Shown here: positions 1 to 11,800 of the stretch, piece by piece
How the letters are laid out: each line of letters opens with the position of its first letter
Numbering within the stretch: the first letter of the stretch is position 1
Source of the DNA: Octopus vulgaris
Taxonomy: Eukaryota
Direction of reading: 5' to 3'
NCBI GenBank assembly: GCA_951406725.2
Contig: OX597818.1
Coordinates: 138,260,001-138,324,000, forward strand
Length of the DNA: 64,000 nucleotides
Translations under genes and position numbers: made by a program
The notes under the pieces: model-generated
Seen by the model: the letters and a program-made list of their open reading frames with translations, nothing else
Databases searched by the model: none
What the model was told of the DNA's origin: nothing

Positions 1-397
1 ATGTCACCTCGTATTTTTCTTATATAACTGTGATTTTCTAACGTTCATTATTATCCTGTCGACTGCCGAGGTCGACTTTGCCTTTCATCCTTTCGGGGGT
101 CGATAAATTAAGTGCCAGTGAAATACTGGGGTTGATATAATCGACTTAATCCCCTCCCACCAAATTCCAGGCTTTGTGCCTATAGTAGAAAGGGTTATTA
201 TCCTGTGAGTTGTCTACCTTCCAAAGGATCGCTATACGAAAAATCCACAATATAGAATTCAGTGAATTTGCTAGATGGTTTGTTTTCAGTTATGTGTAAC
301 CTCTTGATAACAAACATGCTGCATTTCCATTGCCCTAGTCTTGTAATGATCTTAATTCTGATAATTATAGCATTGTGAGTACACGTATTAATTATCT

Positions 398-784
398 GTG
401 GAGGCGCAATGGCCCAGTGGTTAGGGCAGCGGACTCGCGGTCATAGGATCGCTGTTTCGATTCCCAGACCGGGCGTTGTGAGTGTTTATTGAGCGAAAAC
501 ACCTAAAAGCTCCACAAGGCTCCGGCAGGGGATGGTGGTGATCCCTGCTGTACTCTTTCACCACAACTTTCTCTCACTCTTACTTCCTGTTTCTGTTGTA
601 CCTGTATTTCAAAGGGCCGGCCTTGTCACTCTCTGTGTCATGCTGAATATCCCCGAGAACTACGTTAAGGGTACACGTGTCTGTGAAGTGCTCAGCCACT
701 TACACGTTAATTTCACGAGCAGGCTGTTCCGTTGATTCGGATCAACCGGAACCCTCATCGTCGTAACCGACGGAGTGCTTCCAC
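398..784 (+). mobile_element. SINE-R, full-length tRNA-derived SINE
   Basis: A-box TGGCCCAGTGG and B-box-like GTTTCGATTCC; 11-bp TSD ATTAATTATCT at 387-397 and 785-795; near-identical copies at 5845, 7672, 48192 and 57780. Confidence 0.93.
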
Positions 785-940
785 ATTAATTATCTCATAT
801 TCACTCCTGAAGTTAATTAACCCACATTTACGGCTAGACAGGTAATTGGCTGTGTGAGAAACCGATGCCTCGTCTTCTATGATCATGATAAAGTATGAAG
901 TGTTTTATGCATTTTAATGATGTTTGTCAAGGGTTTAGAG

Positions 941-1198
941 CAAGGGTTTTCAACCGGGCTCCATATAAGATTTTGAGGGATCTATGGATGCAATATAGTA
1001 AATTGGGGATCCACGGCAATAAATTGGTTATACGTCCACAATACACAAAATATTTTATTTTTATAGAAGTCCTAATAAGATTTAATTATAAATGTACAAT
1101 GAGATTTTTTTAAACATCGAAGGGCTACGAGGGTCCATCCAAGTAAAATAGGGATTAAAGGAGTCCATAAGTAAAAAAAAAATGGTTGAGAACCCCTG
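941..1198. mobile_element. hAT (Charlie-like) MITE
   Basis: TIRs CAAGGGTTTTCAACC / GGTTGAGAACCCCTG; 8-bp TSD GTTTAGAG (933-940) / GTTAAGAG (1199-1206). Confidence 0.88.
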
Positions 1199-1208
1199 GT
1201 TAAGAGTA

Positions 1209-1622
1209 TACTCTTTTACTCTTTACTCTTTTACTTGTTTCAGTCATTTGACTGCGGCCATGCTGGAGCATCGCCTTTAGTCGAGCAACTCGACCCCGGG
1301 ACTTATTCTTTTTGTAAGCCCAGTACTTATTCTATCGGTCTCTTTTTGCCGAACCGCTAAGTGACGGGGACATAAACACACCAGCATCGGTTGTCAAGCA
1401 ATGCTAGGGGAAGAAACACAGACACACAAACACACACACATACATATATATATATTTACATATATACGACAGGCTTCTTTCAGTTTCCGTCGACCAAATC
1501 CACTCACAAGGCATTGGTCGGCCCGGGGCTATAGCAGAAGACACTTGCCCAAGATGCCACGCAGTGGGACTGAACCCGGAACCATGTGGTTGGTTAGCAA
1601 GCTACTTACCACACAGTCACTC
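1209..1622 (-). mobile_element. SINE-C: tRNA head, CORE-like domain, internal (CA)/(TA) microsatellite, GTAAAAGA-repeat tail
   Basis: Minus strand GGTTCAGTCCC B-box and CTTGGGCAAGT CORE-like motif; homologous to copies at 8247, 42503 and 55117. Confidence 0.9.
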
Positions 1623-2566
1623 TCATATATATTCTTCGATTTGTCTGCAAATATGTAGACGTTGGGAATCTTTAAAGGTTGTGTGTAGTTATGTGAAGTG
1701 TTTCTTCAGAAGTCTGTGTTTTGTCGAAATTTCATTTTTTTTATTAGTTTCGGGTTCAGAAATTTCCGGTATCAATAGATTAAGTAGCAACCATGTATTG
1801 CTGAAAAGGGTCAATTTAATCGACGATATCCGCTTTCCTTTTCTAAATGTGTGACCTTGTTTTGTATCTGGAAGGCAGAGTTACAGACACGGTCAAAGAT
1901 CGGACTGAGTCTTCTTCCTCTTTGGCGGTTTTTCTATTTGATGGGTCAGCTTAGAGATAAAGACACTCATACAGATGGAGACAGATTGTGTGTATGTGCA
2001 TATGTGTGTATGAGAGAAAGAGGGGAGAGAGAGAGAAAGAGTGACAAAGATTGTATATGTGTGTAAATAAAAGGATATGTATGTATGTGTTGCGCTGACA
2101 ACAATATAGGCTGTTACAGGTAGATAGACAATCAATACTAATTTGGTCTCGGTTTACTTACTCGCACAATTCATTTGCTCTCCGGTAACTTGGGTTCTAA
2201 CTGTATCATACCAGCCCATTACATGATGGAACAGATCGACCTCAGTACTCGACCTGTTCTCTATTTTATCAACCCTCATTAAATGAGAGGCAAATTTGAC
2301 CATAATACAATTTTAACTCAAAATATAAAAAGTGTCTGTCTAAATACCACAAGGCATTTAGTTGGACGCTATGACGATTCCACTAACCCGCCAATAACAA
2401 TAATGATTCTAATATAGATACAAGACCAGGAAAGGAGACAGTCGACTACGTCGGCCATAGTATTTTCTCTTTTATTTTTGTCGTTTTCAACCCTGAAAAA
2501 AAAATGAAAGAGTAACGTCGACCTCAACTGGATTTGAACTTATAACGTAAACAGTCGGTACAAACG

Positions 2567-3165
2567 GAGAGCTGGCAGAAACGTTAGCACGCCGGGCGAA
2601 ATGCTTAACGGTATTTCGCTTGTCATTACGTTGTGAGTTCAAATTCCACCGAGGTTGACTTTGCCTTTCATCCTTTCGGGGTCGATAAATTAAGTACCAG
2701 TTACGCACTGGGGTCGATGTAATCGACTTAATACCTATCTCTGTCCTTGTTTGTCCCCTCTGTGTTTAGCCCCTTGTGGGTAATAAAGAAATAGGTATTT
2801 CGCTTGTCGTTACGTTGTGAGTTCAAATTCCGCCGAGGTCGACTTTGCCTTTCATCCTTTCGGGGTCGATAAATTAAGTACCAGTTACGCACTGGGGTCG
2901 ATGTAATCGACTTAATACCTATGTCTGTCCTTGTTTGTCCCCCTCTGTGTTTAGCCCCTTGTGGGTAATAAAGAAATAGGTATTTCGCTTGTCATTACGT
3001 TGTGAGTTCAAATTCCGCCGAGGTCGACTTTGCCTTTCATCCTTTCGGGGTCGATAAATTAAGTACCAGTTACGCACTGGGGTCGATGTAATCGACTTAA
3101 TACCTATGTCTGTCCTTGTTTGTCCCCTCTATGTTTAGCCCCTTGTGGGTAATAAAGAAATAGGT
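2567..3165 (+). mobile_element. SINE-M head plus three tandem 184-185 bp units, nested in an older minus-strand SINE-M
   Basis: GGTATTT junctions at 2610, 2794, 2979 and 3163; central GTCGACTTTGCCTTTCATCCTTTCGGGGTCGATAAATTAAGTACCAG resembles the Meta-SINE domain as recalled. Confidence 0.9.
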
Positions 3166-3624
3166 ATTTGTGCCGGCCGACATTCTACCGATTCTGCCAT
3201 TCCATTGTTCCCCAGTTACAGTTCTTTAGGCTCTGAGTTCAAATCTTACTAAGGATGATAAAATATACACCAATCGAGGACTGAAAGAGATTAAATGGAC
3301 TACACTGTGTCTCTTTTATTTTACTCATCAGTCAAAGTTAGGCAACCACGTTGTTCTCGCCATCTTTAATATTATTGTTATTGTTGTTGTTGTTTCGTTG
3401 AAGTTGTTGGGTTTATTTTTTATGTTATTATTGTTATTATTGATATTATTATTGTTATTGTTACTGTTATTTTATTATTGTTATTATTGTTTTCGTTATT
3501 ATTGCAATATTTATGCAGAAATTTCAACAAATCAACATTTGCAGTTTCAACTACTCGTGGGTTTTGTTTGGGTTTTTTTTTAAAGCAGGTTTCCATAACA
3601 ACAATAATGATGATGAGGATGATG

Positions 3625-3668
<44 letters not shown>

Positions 3669-4074
3669 AATGACGACGACGATGACTTTTTTCTTAGTTT
3701 CATATTCAAAATGAGATTAAATTCTTCCACTAACACGCATACACACAAACGTACAAATACACAAATATACACACATACATGCACGCGAATATACATATAA
3801 GTACACATATAAATCAACACATTCATACATATTTATACACACACACACACACAGCAATATATATACACACATGACACGTCGAGACACTATTGTACACTAC
3901 ACTACACTATGCAACATACCATGCATACCACACATAAGATACATATTTACAACAATGGACATAAATCTAACTGTAGGAGCAGCGGATAGGTGCGTGCGAC
4001 GGCGGCGGCGGCAGTAGGGGTCACGGTGGGGGCGGCGGTGCAGTGACAGGCTTGAAATATCGTTGCTGTTCTAG

Positions 4075-4280
4075 GACAGACAACTGAGCGAGTCTGGAAT
4101 TTGGAAGACGACACAAGCTGTTGGATATGGAATGGGAAAGATATTGGCTGCTGGGTTTTTGGAATAGGAAGACACTGCCTACTGGGATTTAAATGAAAAG
4201 TACGGACTGTTCGGGGTCTTAATGCGGAAAGCCACTGGTTGTTGGATATTATAGGGGAAAGGTATTGATTGGAGTGTTGG
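4075..4280. repeat. Degenerate ~30-bp minisatellite; second block at 5636-5810
   Basis: Recurrent GYTGTTGGRT..T..AA.TGGAAAG..AYT units at ~30-bp spacing. Confidence 0.6.
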
Positions 4281-4283
4281 GTC

Positions 4284-4430
4284 TTAAACCCTTTTTTTTT
4301 TTTTTTTTTTTTCTGTTACAGCGGAAATCAGATACAACCACTCAAAATTTCATTACCCTTGGCTACGGAAAAACAGTTTTATATACTAATCTATCTTTTG
4401 TTGAGGAATGTTAAGTTTGGAATTATCTTC
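4284..4430 (+). mobile_element. Dispersed repeat, possible piggyBac-type MITE fragment
   Basis: Begins TTAAACCCTT; core CACTCAAAATTTCATTACCCT...AATCTATCTTTTGTTGA shared with 17355-17600. Confidence 0.5.
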
Positions 4431-4450
4431 TTTTTTTTTTATTGGGATAT

Positions 4451-4645
4451 AGGTGCCGGAGTGGCTGTGTGGTTATAAGTTTGCTTCCCAGTGCATGACT
4501 CCGGATTCAGTCCCACTGTGTGACACCTTGGGGCACTGTAGCCTCAGGCCAACCAAAACCTTGTGAAACGGAAACTCGGTATACAATAGGCATACACGCA
4601 TACATATGTATACATTATACACACACATGCACATATATACATATG

Positions 4646-4676
<31 letters not shown>

Positions 4677-5020
4677 AGACGGAAACTAAAACAAGCCCGT
4701 AGTAGATTAAAGTAAAAAATGCAAAAGCAAAACATTTAGCATCACTCGAAAGAGACATTTAATTCAGATAGAAAATATAAATCTGTGTGTGTGTGTGTGT
4801 GTGTGTGTTTGTGTGCGTGTGACCACCGTTTGACAACCGGTGTGTTGGTGTGTTTACGTCCCTGTGACTTAGCAGTTGGGCAAAAGGTACTTATAGAAAA
4901 AATACCAGGCTTTAAAAAAAAAGAGATTATAAGTACAGGGGTGGATTAGTTCTTCAAGACGGTGCCCCAGCATAGCCGCGGTCTAATGACTGAAACAAGT
5001 AAAACAAATAAAAGATAAAA
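4451..5020 (+). mobile_element. SINE-C, diverged and interrupted
   Basis: Head GGAGTGGCTGTGTGG...GGATTCAGTCCC; tail CCAGCATAGCCGCGGTCTAATGACTGAAACAAGTAAAA. Confidence 0.75.
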
Positions 5021-5106
5021 GATCTGTCAAATTTTCTGCGGCAGCGTTTCTTGCAGAAAATACCAATTCTATTTCTTGGTAGACATTTAACACCATTCTT
5101 AAAATA

Positions 5107-5637
5107 AAGGCTGCGAGCTGGCAGAATCGTTAGCACGCCGCAAAAAGGATTAGTGTTATTTCGTTCGTCTTTACGTCCTGTGTTCAAATTCCGCCGAGGT
5201 CGACTTTGCCTTTCATCGATTAAAGAAGTACCAGTTACGTACTGCAGTCGATGTAATCAACTTTCAGGCCTTGTGCCTATAGTTGAAAAGATTATCAAAA
5301 TAGCCATAAAATTTAATTCTACAGTTAAAGCGAAAAGAGACTGGTTTATGTTCTATGTTTTCCAGTTTCAGCTCTTGAGCTGTGGCCATGCTGGGGCACC
5401 GCCATTAAAAGTTAGTTTCTTATTTCTTTATTACCCACAAGGGGGCTAAACTTAGAGGGGACAAACAAGGGATTAAGTCGATTACATGGACTCCAGTGCG
5501 TAACTGGTACTTATTTAATCGACCCCGAAAGGGTTAAAGGCGAAGTCGACCTCGGCGAAATTTGAACTCAGAACGTAACGACAAACGAAATACCGCTAAG
5601 CATTTCGCCCGGCGTGCTAACGTTTCTGCCAGCTCGC
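5107..5637. mobile_element. Inverted pair of SINE-M copies (+ 5107-5297; - 5416-5637) around a SINE-C tail fragment
   Basis: GAGCTGGCAGAA head on both strands; shared central domain. Confidence 0.8.
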
Positions 5638-5844
5638 TGTTGTTGGGTTTCAAAGAAGAAAACACTTTCTGTTGCGTTTTAAAGTGAAAAAGATTGGTTT
5701 TTAGATTCTAAAGTGGAATGACATTGGTTGTTGGGTTTCTGAAGTGGAAAGGCATTCTGCTGTTGGGTTTCAAACTGGACCGAAAAATAGCAATAGATAA
5801 ATTGCTGCTGGGATCCCAGCTATGAGTTAATTAGCATGTGAAAT

Positions 5845-6229
5845 GGAGGCGCAATGGCCCAGTGGTTAGGGCAGCGCACTCGCGGTCGGAGGATCGCGGT
5901 TTCGATTCCCACACCGGGCGTTGTGAGTGTTTATTGAGCGAAAACACCTAAAGCTCCACGAGGCTCCGGCAGGGGGTGGTGGTGAACCCTGCTGTACTCT
6001 TTCACCACAACTTTCTCTCGCTCTTTCTTCCTGTTTCTGTTGTACCTGTATTTCAAAGGGCCGGCCTTGTCACTCTCTGTGTCACGCTGAATCTCCCCGA
6101 GAACTACGTTAAGGGTACACGTGTCTGTGGAGTGCTCAGCCACTTACACGTTAATATCACGAGCAAGCTGTTCCGTTGATCGTATCAGCTGGGACCCTCA
6201 TCGTCGCAACCGACGGAGTGCTCCTATTA
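5845..6229 (+). mobile_element. SINE-R, full length
   Basis: 13-bp TSD TAGCATGTGAAAT at 5832-5844 and 6230-6242; homologous to 398-784. Confidence 0.93.
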
Positions 6230-6711
6230 TAGCATGTGAAATACAGGGAGTGAAGGAGCCCGCCCCCAGCTTTCGTTAGTACTTCCTTCTATGAGAAGGT
6301 AAAACTTGTATAGCAATAACCTGGAGTATTGTTGGTTTCTGATCCTCTCGACCTATTGTGGTGCCACTGGTTTTTCAGGTGCATGCTCGGAAAAGGAATT
6401 CCAGTGCTGTGCAGCATTTACTTACTTTATCCACTCAAAACAAATTCACGCACAGGAACTTCCTCGACTGTCGGAATTTTTTTGCACGGACTCAATGAGT
6501 ACTGTGTTTACGAAGTGGTCTTACTCAGTTACGAGTTAACTTCCACCATACCTACATATATTATTTATATAATAATATAGTTCCATTTAAAGCGACTAAA
6601 CCTAAACAATTGACTGAAACAAGATGGGCTGAACATCAACGCTTACATGGCTCCGTACGCAGACACATAGCTCTAGTCTGATATATTTATTTATAAGTTT
6701 GTATGTATGTA

Positions 6712-6759
<48 letters not shown>

Positions 6760-6769
6760 TATATTGCGA

Positions 6770-6806
6770 GGATGACTGAAGATTGAAGGCTTCGAATGTC
6801 CCGTCC
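6770..6806 (+). ncRNA. Degenerate minimal type I hammerhead-like motif
   Basis: GGATGA-CTGAAGA-TTGAAGGCTTC-GAA-T-GTC-CCGTCC; stem I GGATG/CGTCC; GAAAC core and stem II eroded. Confidence 0.35.
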
Positions 6807-7095
6807 GTGTTTTTTGTATCGTCTTCTAAATGTTTTACGTTCTTGTCCCAGTTTGTATTTTTCTACATATAATATTTAGCTGAAACTGGAAAATCAAAAT
6901 CAAAAAATCAAAATCAATACATACATATATATGTATACACTCACACACACATACACGCATGAATATTCATCGTCTGAAAATGTACAGGCTTTGCTTTCTC
7001 TATTTACATGTATACGTGTATATATATTTCGTATTTCTAAACCGAACAGTTTTATCTCTCTTTCTTTCTCTCTCTCTCTCCCTCTCTTCCTACAC

Positions 7096-7132
<37 letters not shown>

Positions 7133-7671
7133 CACATACACACTTATATATTAAGAGAATGAGAGTAATTGCTATAAATCCAATTCACACCAATAAAATA
7201 AATAACGATTATAAATACAATAATAATTGGTATCGCATAACGGCTATAAAAGTACTTTACAAATTTGGTACCATTCTTCCGCGTGTCTTTTAGTAAAAAC
7301 CTCAGATGACTTATTCAATAAAAACGGCCATCAGTGTGATTAAAGCTTGTTATTAGTTACCAACCAACTTTGCCGGTCACTAACAGAAAGTGCCTTTTCA
7401 GCATCAGTCCAAAAGCAAACATTTCGTCTGTCACTAACAATGTCTGACACTGTTTACAGATGAGACCAATATTTATTCAACAGACCACGCATGTTGACAT
7501 TGCCAAACTAAATTTCTCAGTCACTGAAACAACGACAAAACGCGTACACACAAACAAACACGCACGAACGCACGCACGCACATTTTCTCTCGTCTGATTT
7601 CTTCGTAGTTCTTGTTAATACTACAGTTGACCTTTTATTTTATCTCCTCGTTGCTACTGTTGTTGTTGTTG

Positions 7672-8062
7672 TGTGGAGGCGCAATGGCCCAGTGGTTAGG
7701 GCAGCGGACTCGCGGTCATAGGATCGCGGTTTCGATTCCCAGACCGGGCGTTGTGAGTGTTTATTGAGCGAAAAACACCTAAAGCTCCACGAGGCTCCGG
7801 CAGGGGATGGTGGTGATCCCTGCTGTACTCTTTCACCACAACTTTCTCTCACTCTTACTTCCTGTTTCTGTTGTACCTGTATTTCAAAGGGCCGGCCTTG
7901 TCACTCTCTGTGTCACACTGAATATCCCCGAGAACTACGTTAAGGGTGCACGTGTCTGTGGAGTGCTCAGCCACTTACACGTTAATTTCACGAGCAGGCT
8001 GTTCCGTTGATTCGGATCAACCGGAACCCTCGTCGTCGTAACCGACGGAGTGCTTCCATCCA
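7672..8062 (+). mobile_element. SINE-R, full length, in a (TTG)n tract
   Basis: Near-identical to 398-784; TTGTTGTTG on both flanks. Confidence 0.93.
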
Positions 8063-8246
8063 TTGTTGTTGTTGATTTTTTCTTCTTCCTTTTCTTCATT
8101 ATACTTCTTGTCCAGTTTTCTTTTACTTTCGCGTTTTCTTCTATTTTCTCTTTCTCTCTTTTCCTACTTCATTCTTACCTCCTTCTTCGTTTTCTCCTTC
8201 GACAGCTTTTCATTTCTTCTTCCTTTTCTTCATCTACTTATTCCCC

Positions 8247-8473
8247 ACTCTTTACTCTTTTTTACTCTTTTACTTGTTTCAGTCATTTGAACGCGGCCAT
8301 GCTGGAGCACCGCATTTAGTCGAGCAAATCGACCCCGGGACTTATTCTTTGTAAGCCCAGTACTTATTCTATCGGTCTCTTTTGCCGAACCGCTAAGTGA
8401 CGGGGACGTAAACACACCAGCATCGGTTGTCAAGCAATGCTAGGGGGACAAACACAGACACACAAACATATAT

Positions 8474-8507
<34 letters not shown>

Positions 8508-8678
8508 ATATATACGACAGGCTTCTTTCAGTTTCCGTCTACCAAGTCCACTCACAAGGTATTGGTCGGCCCGGGGCTATAGCAGAAGACACTTGCCCAA
8601 GATGCCATGCAGTGGGACTGAACCCGGAACCATGTGGTTGGTAAGCAAGCTACTTACCACACAGCCACTCCTGCGCCT
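8247..8678 (-). mobile_element. SINE-C, full length
   Basis: Minus strand begins AGGCGCAGGAGTGGCTGTGTGG and ends in the GTAAAAGA repeat. Confidence 0.92.
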
Positions 8679-8968
8679 ATATTTTCTTTCTCCTTTTCTT
8701 CTATTATTTAATCTACCTTTTCTCTTTTTCTCTTTCCTTCTTCATTCTTACCTCTCCCTTCGTCTTCATCTACAGCTGTTCCTTTCTCTTCTACCTTTTT
8801 CTCTTTCTCCTTATCTTCTTCCCTTCTCCCATCCTTCTTCACCCCACCTCCCTCACTCTCACTTTCTCCATCTTTCTTCTTAGTCACATTAATCACTTCT
8901 TTCATTTTCTTCCCTCCCCACCTACCATCTACTTTTGTCTTCTGTTGTGAGTCTTCTCATTTATCCAA

Positions 8969-8970
<2 letters not shown>

Positions 8971-8999
<29 letters not shown>

Positions 9000-9400
9000 C
9001 TTCTTCTTCTTCTTCTTCTTCTTCTTCTTCTTCTTCTTCTTCTTCTTCTTCTTCTTCTTCTTCTTCTTCTTCTTCTTCTTCTTCTTCTTCTTCTTCTTTT
9101 TCTTCTCCTTCTTTATCTTCTTCTTCTTCTTCCTTCTACATACTCCTCTTCTTTTCTTCCTCATCCCCTCATTCCTTTCCTCTTCCTTCTTTTCTATTTC
9201 CTCCTCCTTCTATCTATTCATCTTCTTTTTCTCCACATCCACGTTTTCCTTCTTTTTCTTCTTTTCTACATATTTCCCTTCATCTTTCCTCCTCCATCCC
9301 CTCTTCCTCTTTCTTCCTCTTCTCTCCCTTCTCTTCTTTTCTTCTCTCTTATTTCTATTCACCGGTTCTCTTCTTTATTTTCTTTGTCTACTTTTCTCTT
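8971..9400. repeat. (TTC)n tract and polypyrimidine low-complexity DNA
   Basis: ~42 near-perfect TTC units followed by CT-rich sequence. Confidence 0.95.
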
Positions 9401-9476
9401 CTTGACGTTGTTGTTGCTTTTGATGATGACAGTGATGGTGATGGTGATGGTGTTTTTGTTGTTATTACTATTGCCG

Positions 9477-9910
9477 AAGGCGGTGAGCTGGCAGAAACGT
9501 TAGCACGCCAGGCGAAATGCTTAGCGGTATTTCGTCTGCCGTTACGTTCTGAGTTCAAATTCCGCCGAGGTCGACTTTGCCTTTCATCCTTTCGGGGTCG
9601 ATAAATCAAGTACCACTTACGAACTGGGGTCGATGTAATCGACTTAATCCCTTCGTCTGTCCTTGTTTGTCCCCTCTATGTTTAGCCCCTTGTGGTCAAT
9701 AAAGAAATAAGAATAGTACGCCGGGCGAAATGCTTAGCGGAATTTCGTCTGCCGCTACGTTCTGAGTTCAAATTCCACCGAGGTCGACTTTGCCTTTCAT
9801 CTTTTCGGGATGAAAGTACCAGTTACGCACTGGGGTCGATCTAATCGACTAGCCCGGTCCCCCAGAATTTCAGGCCTTGTGCCTTAAGTAGAAAAGATTA
9901 TTACTACTAT
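9477..9910 (+). mobile_element. SINE-M dimer: tail-B unit then tail-A unit
   Basis: Unit 1 ends CCCCTTGTGGTCAATAAAGAAATAAGAA and joins the head of unit 2, which ends GGCCTTGTGCCTTAAGTAGAAAAGATTATT. Confidence 0.88.
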
Positions 9911-9911
9911 G

Positions 9912-10082
9912 GGGAGGGGGACCAATCAATTACATCGTCCCCAGTGCGTAACTGGTACTTATTTATCGACTCCGAAAGGATGAAAGCCAGAGTTAGCATC
10001 GGTAGAATTTGAACTCAGAGCGTAAAGACGGACGAAATCATTTTGCCCCGCATGCTGACGGTTCTGCCAGCTTGCCGCCTTA
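9912..10082 (-). mobile_element. SINE-M, inverted relative to the preceding dimer
   Basis: CCCAGTGCGTAACTGGTAC...CTGCCAGCTTGCCGCCTT. Confidence 0.85.
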
Positions 10083-10812
10083 ACAACAACAACAACAACA
10101 ATGATAATAATGGTTTCAGATTTTGGCACAAAGTTCGTGGGGATGGGCTAATAATAATGTAGTAACTATTTTATTAGTAGCTAAATTGTCAGGACTTAAA
10201 GAAATTGTTATTGTGGTAGCTTTTGGTTGCCATGGTGACGTCGCCAGAATGAAAACTGACCCCTGTAATTATAGACTCTCTGGTCCACTACATGTCAAAA
10301 TCCGTCTGTTTGTGTGTCTGTTCATTACAGTGTGTATAAGTGAGCGAGGCTGCCGTTTTGTGTATTTGTATGAGTAAGCGTTTGTGTGTACACACGTATA
10401 TGTTTGTGTGCGCTTGTTTGAATTGTATCGTGTGAGGCAGACACGATAACAACGGCGACAACGATGGCATAACTACAATAACAACAATGGTTTCTAACCT
10501 TTATAATAATGCCACATATTTAAGAGCAGAACGAATTCATTCAAACCGACCCCTCTACTTAAAGGGAGTGGTCACATAAACTGATCTCCATACTTAAGGG
10601 AGTGGTGCATAGTCAATTATTGCGACCCACAGTTTTACTTATACTTAAACTATCGACCTTCGGACGGAAGGAAATCTGACCCTTGGGAAATTTGAATTAA
10701 AGGGAGTAGGAAAATGAAGGTTTGATTAAGGGATTTACGAAGTTCATTTCGCAATTGTTCGGATCCGAGATCGGTCTTACTCTGTGGGACTTTGGCCAAG
10801 TGTCTGCTACTA

Positions 10813-11091
10813 TACGAGGAGGCACTGGAAAGGTTCTAGCTTTGGGTAAAAGAAAATACAAGAAGCTCAGTTAATTATGATTTTATTCTACATATTCTCC
10901 TCTCAGATTCACGCACTTATTGCCGCGGCCCTTCAGTTTTCTTTTTAAGTCCTGTAAAAGAACTCAGCAGGCTGAGATTCCAACAAGGCCTTTTGTAATA
11001 CCCTTAAAGCCAGGAACTTTTCAGCACTTTCTCGTGGGGGGGGGCATTTGTTGTGTATGTATGTGTGTGGTATGTGTGTGGTATGTGTGTG

Positions 11092-11127
<36 letters not shown>

Positions 11128-11344
11128 TATGTGTGTTTGTGTATGTATGAGGTGGGTGCTGAAAAGTCCCTGGTTTTGAGTAAACACAGGAGGATCAGTT
11201 AAGTATGATTTTATTCAACATACACCCCTCTCAGATTCACACACATATTGCAGCGGCCCTTCAGATTTTTTTAAGCCCTGTAAAAGAACTCTGAAGGTTG
11301 GGCTCCCAACCAGGCCTTTGGCGACACCCTTAAAGCTCCTCGTA
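10813..11344. mobile_element. Two copies of a mariner-derived MITE (10813-11035; 11146-11344) separated by (TG)n
   Basis: TA-CGAGG..G(C)TGAAAAG TIR and CTTTTCAGCAC..CTCG end; colinear bodies sharing CTCTCAGATTCAC and CTGTAAAAGAACTC. Confidence 0.75.
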
Positions 11345-11554
11345 ATCAATGGCATGTGAACAAAAATTGGTACAGGAGAGCAGACCAGTGCATAAACGAC
11401 GGGGTTTCATTTCATAAGGTATGAGTTGACCCGAAACTATAGAAGGTAAATACACTCTCCTTAAACGCCACGGAACGGGATCAAAACTTCAGTCATGTAG
11501 CTTCGAAGTGAAATTCTTAACCAACAACCAATCTCTATAATGTGTGTCTTTTAC

Positions 11555-11800
11555 TATTTACTCATTTCACTCATTGGACTGCAACCATGCTGGAGCACCG
11601 GTTTGAAAGGTTTAGTCAAATGGATCCTAGTACCTTGGTTTTGTTATTTTGCTTTGTTTTTTTTTTCCTCTTTTGTTTTGAAAGTTTTATTCTTATTTTA
11701 CCGGTACTTTTTGCCGAACCGCTACATTACGGGGACGTAAACACAGTAACATCGGTTGTCAAGCGGTAGTGGAGGATAAACACAAAGTCACAAACACACG
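11555..11800 (-). mobile_element. SINE-C 3' half
   Basis: CCATGCTGGAGCACCG...TTGCCGAACCGCTA...CATCGGTTGTCAAGC. Confidence 0.75.

Noticed and set aside
398-475. tRNA gene-like head
   Set aside because: No proper acceptor stem; continues into the SINE body and is bounded by a TSD.
532-735. Recurrent 67-aa ORF MVVIPAVLF... (also 5976, 7807)
   Set aside because: Internal to SINE-R copies; recurrence reflects the repeat, not a gene family.
2610-3168. CRISPR-like regular repeats
   Set aside because: Whole 184-bp units repeat with no unique spacers; eukaryotic SINE, no cas genes.
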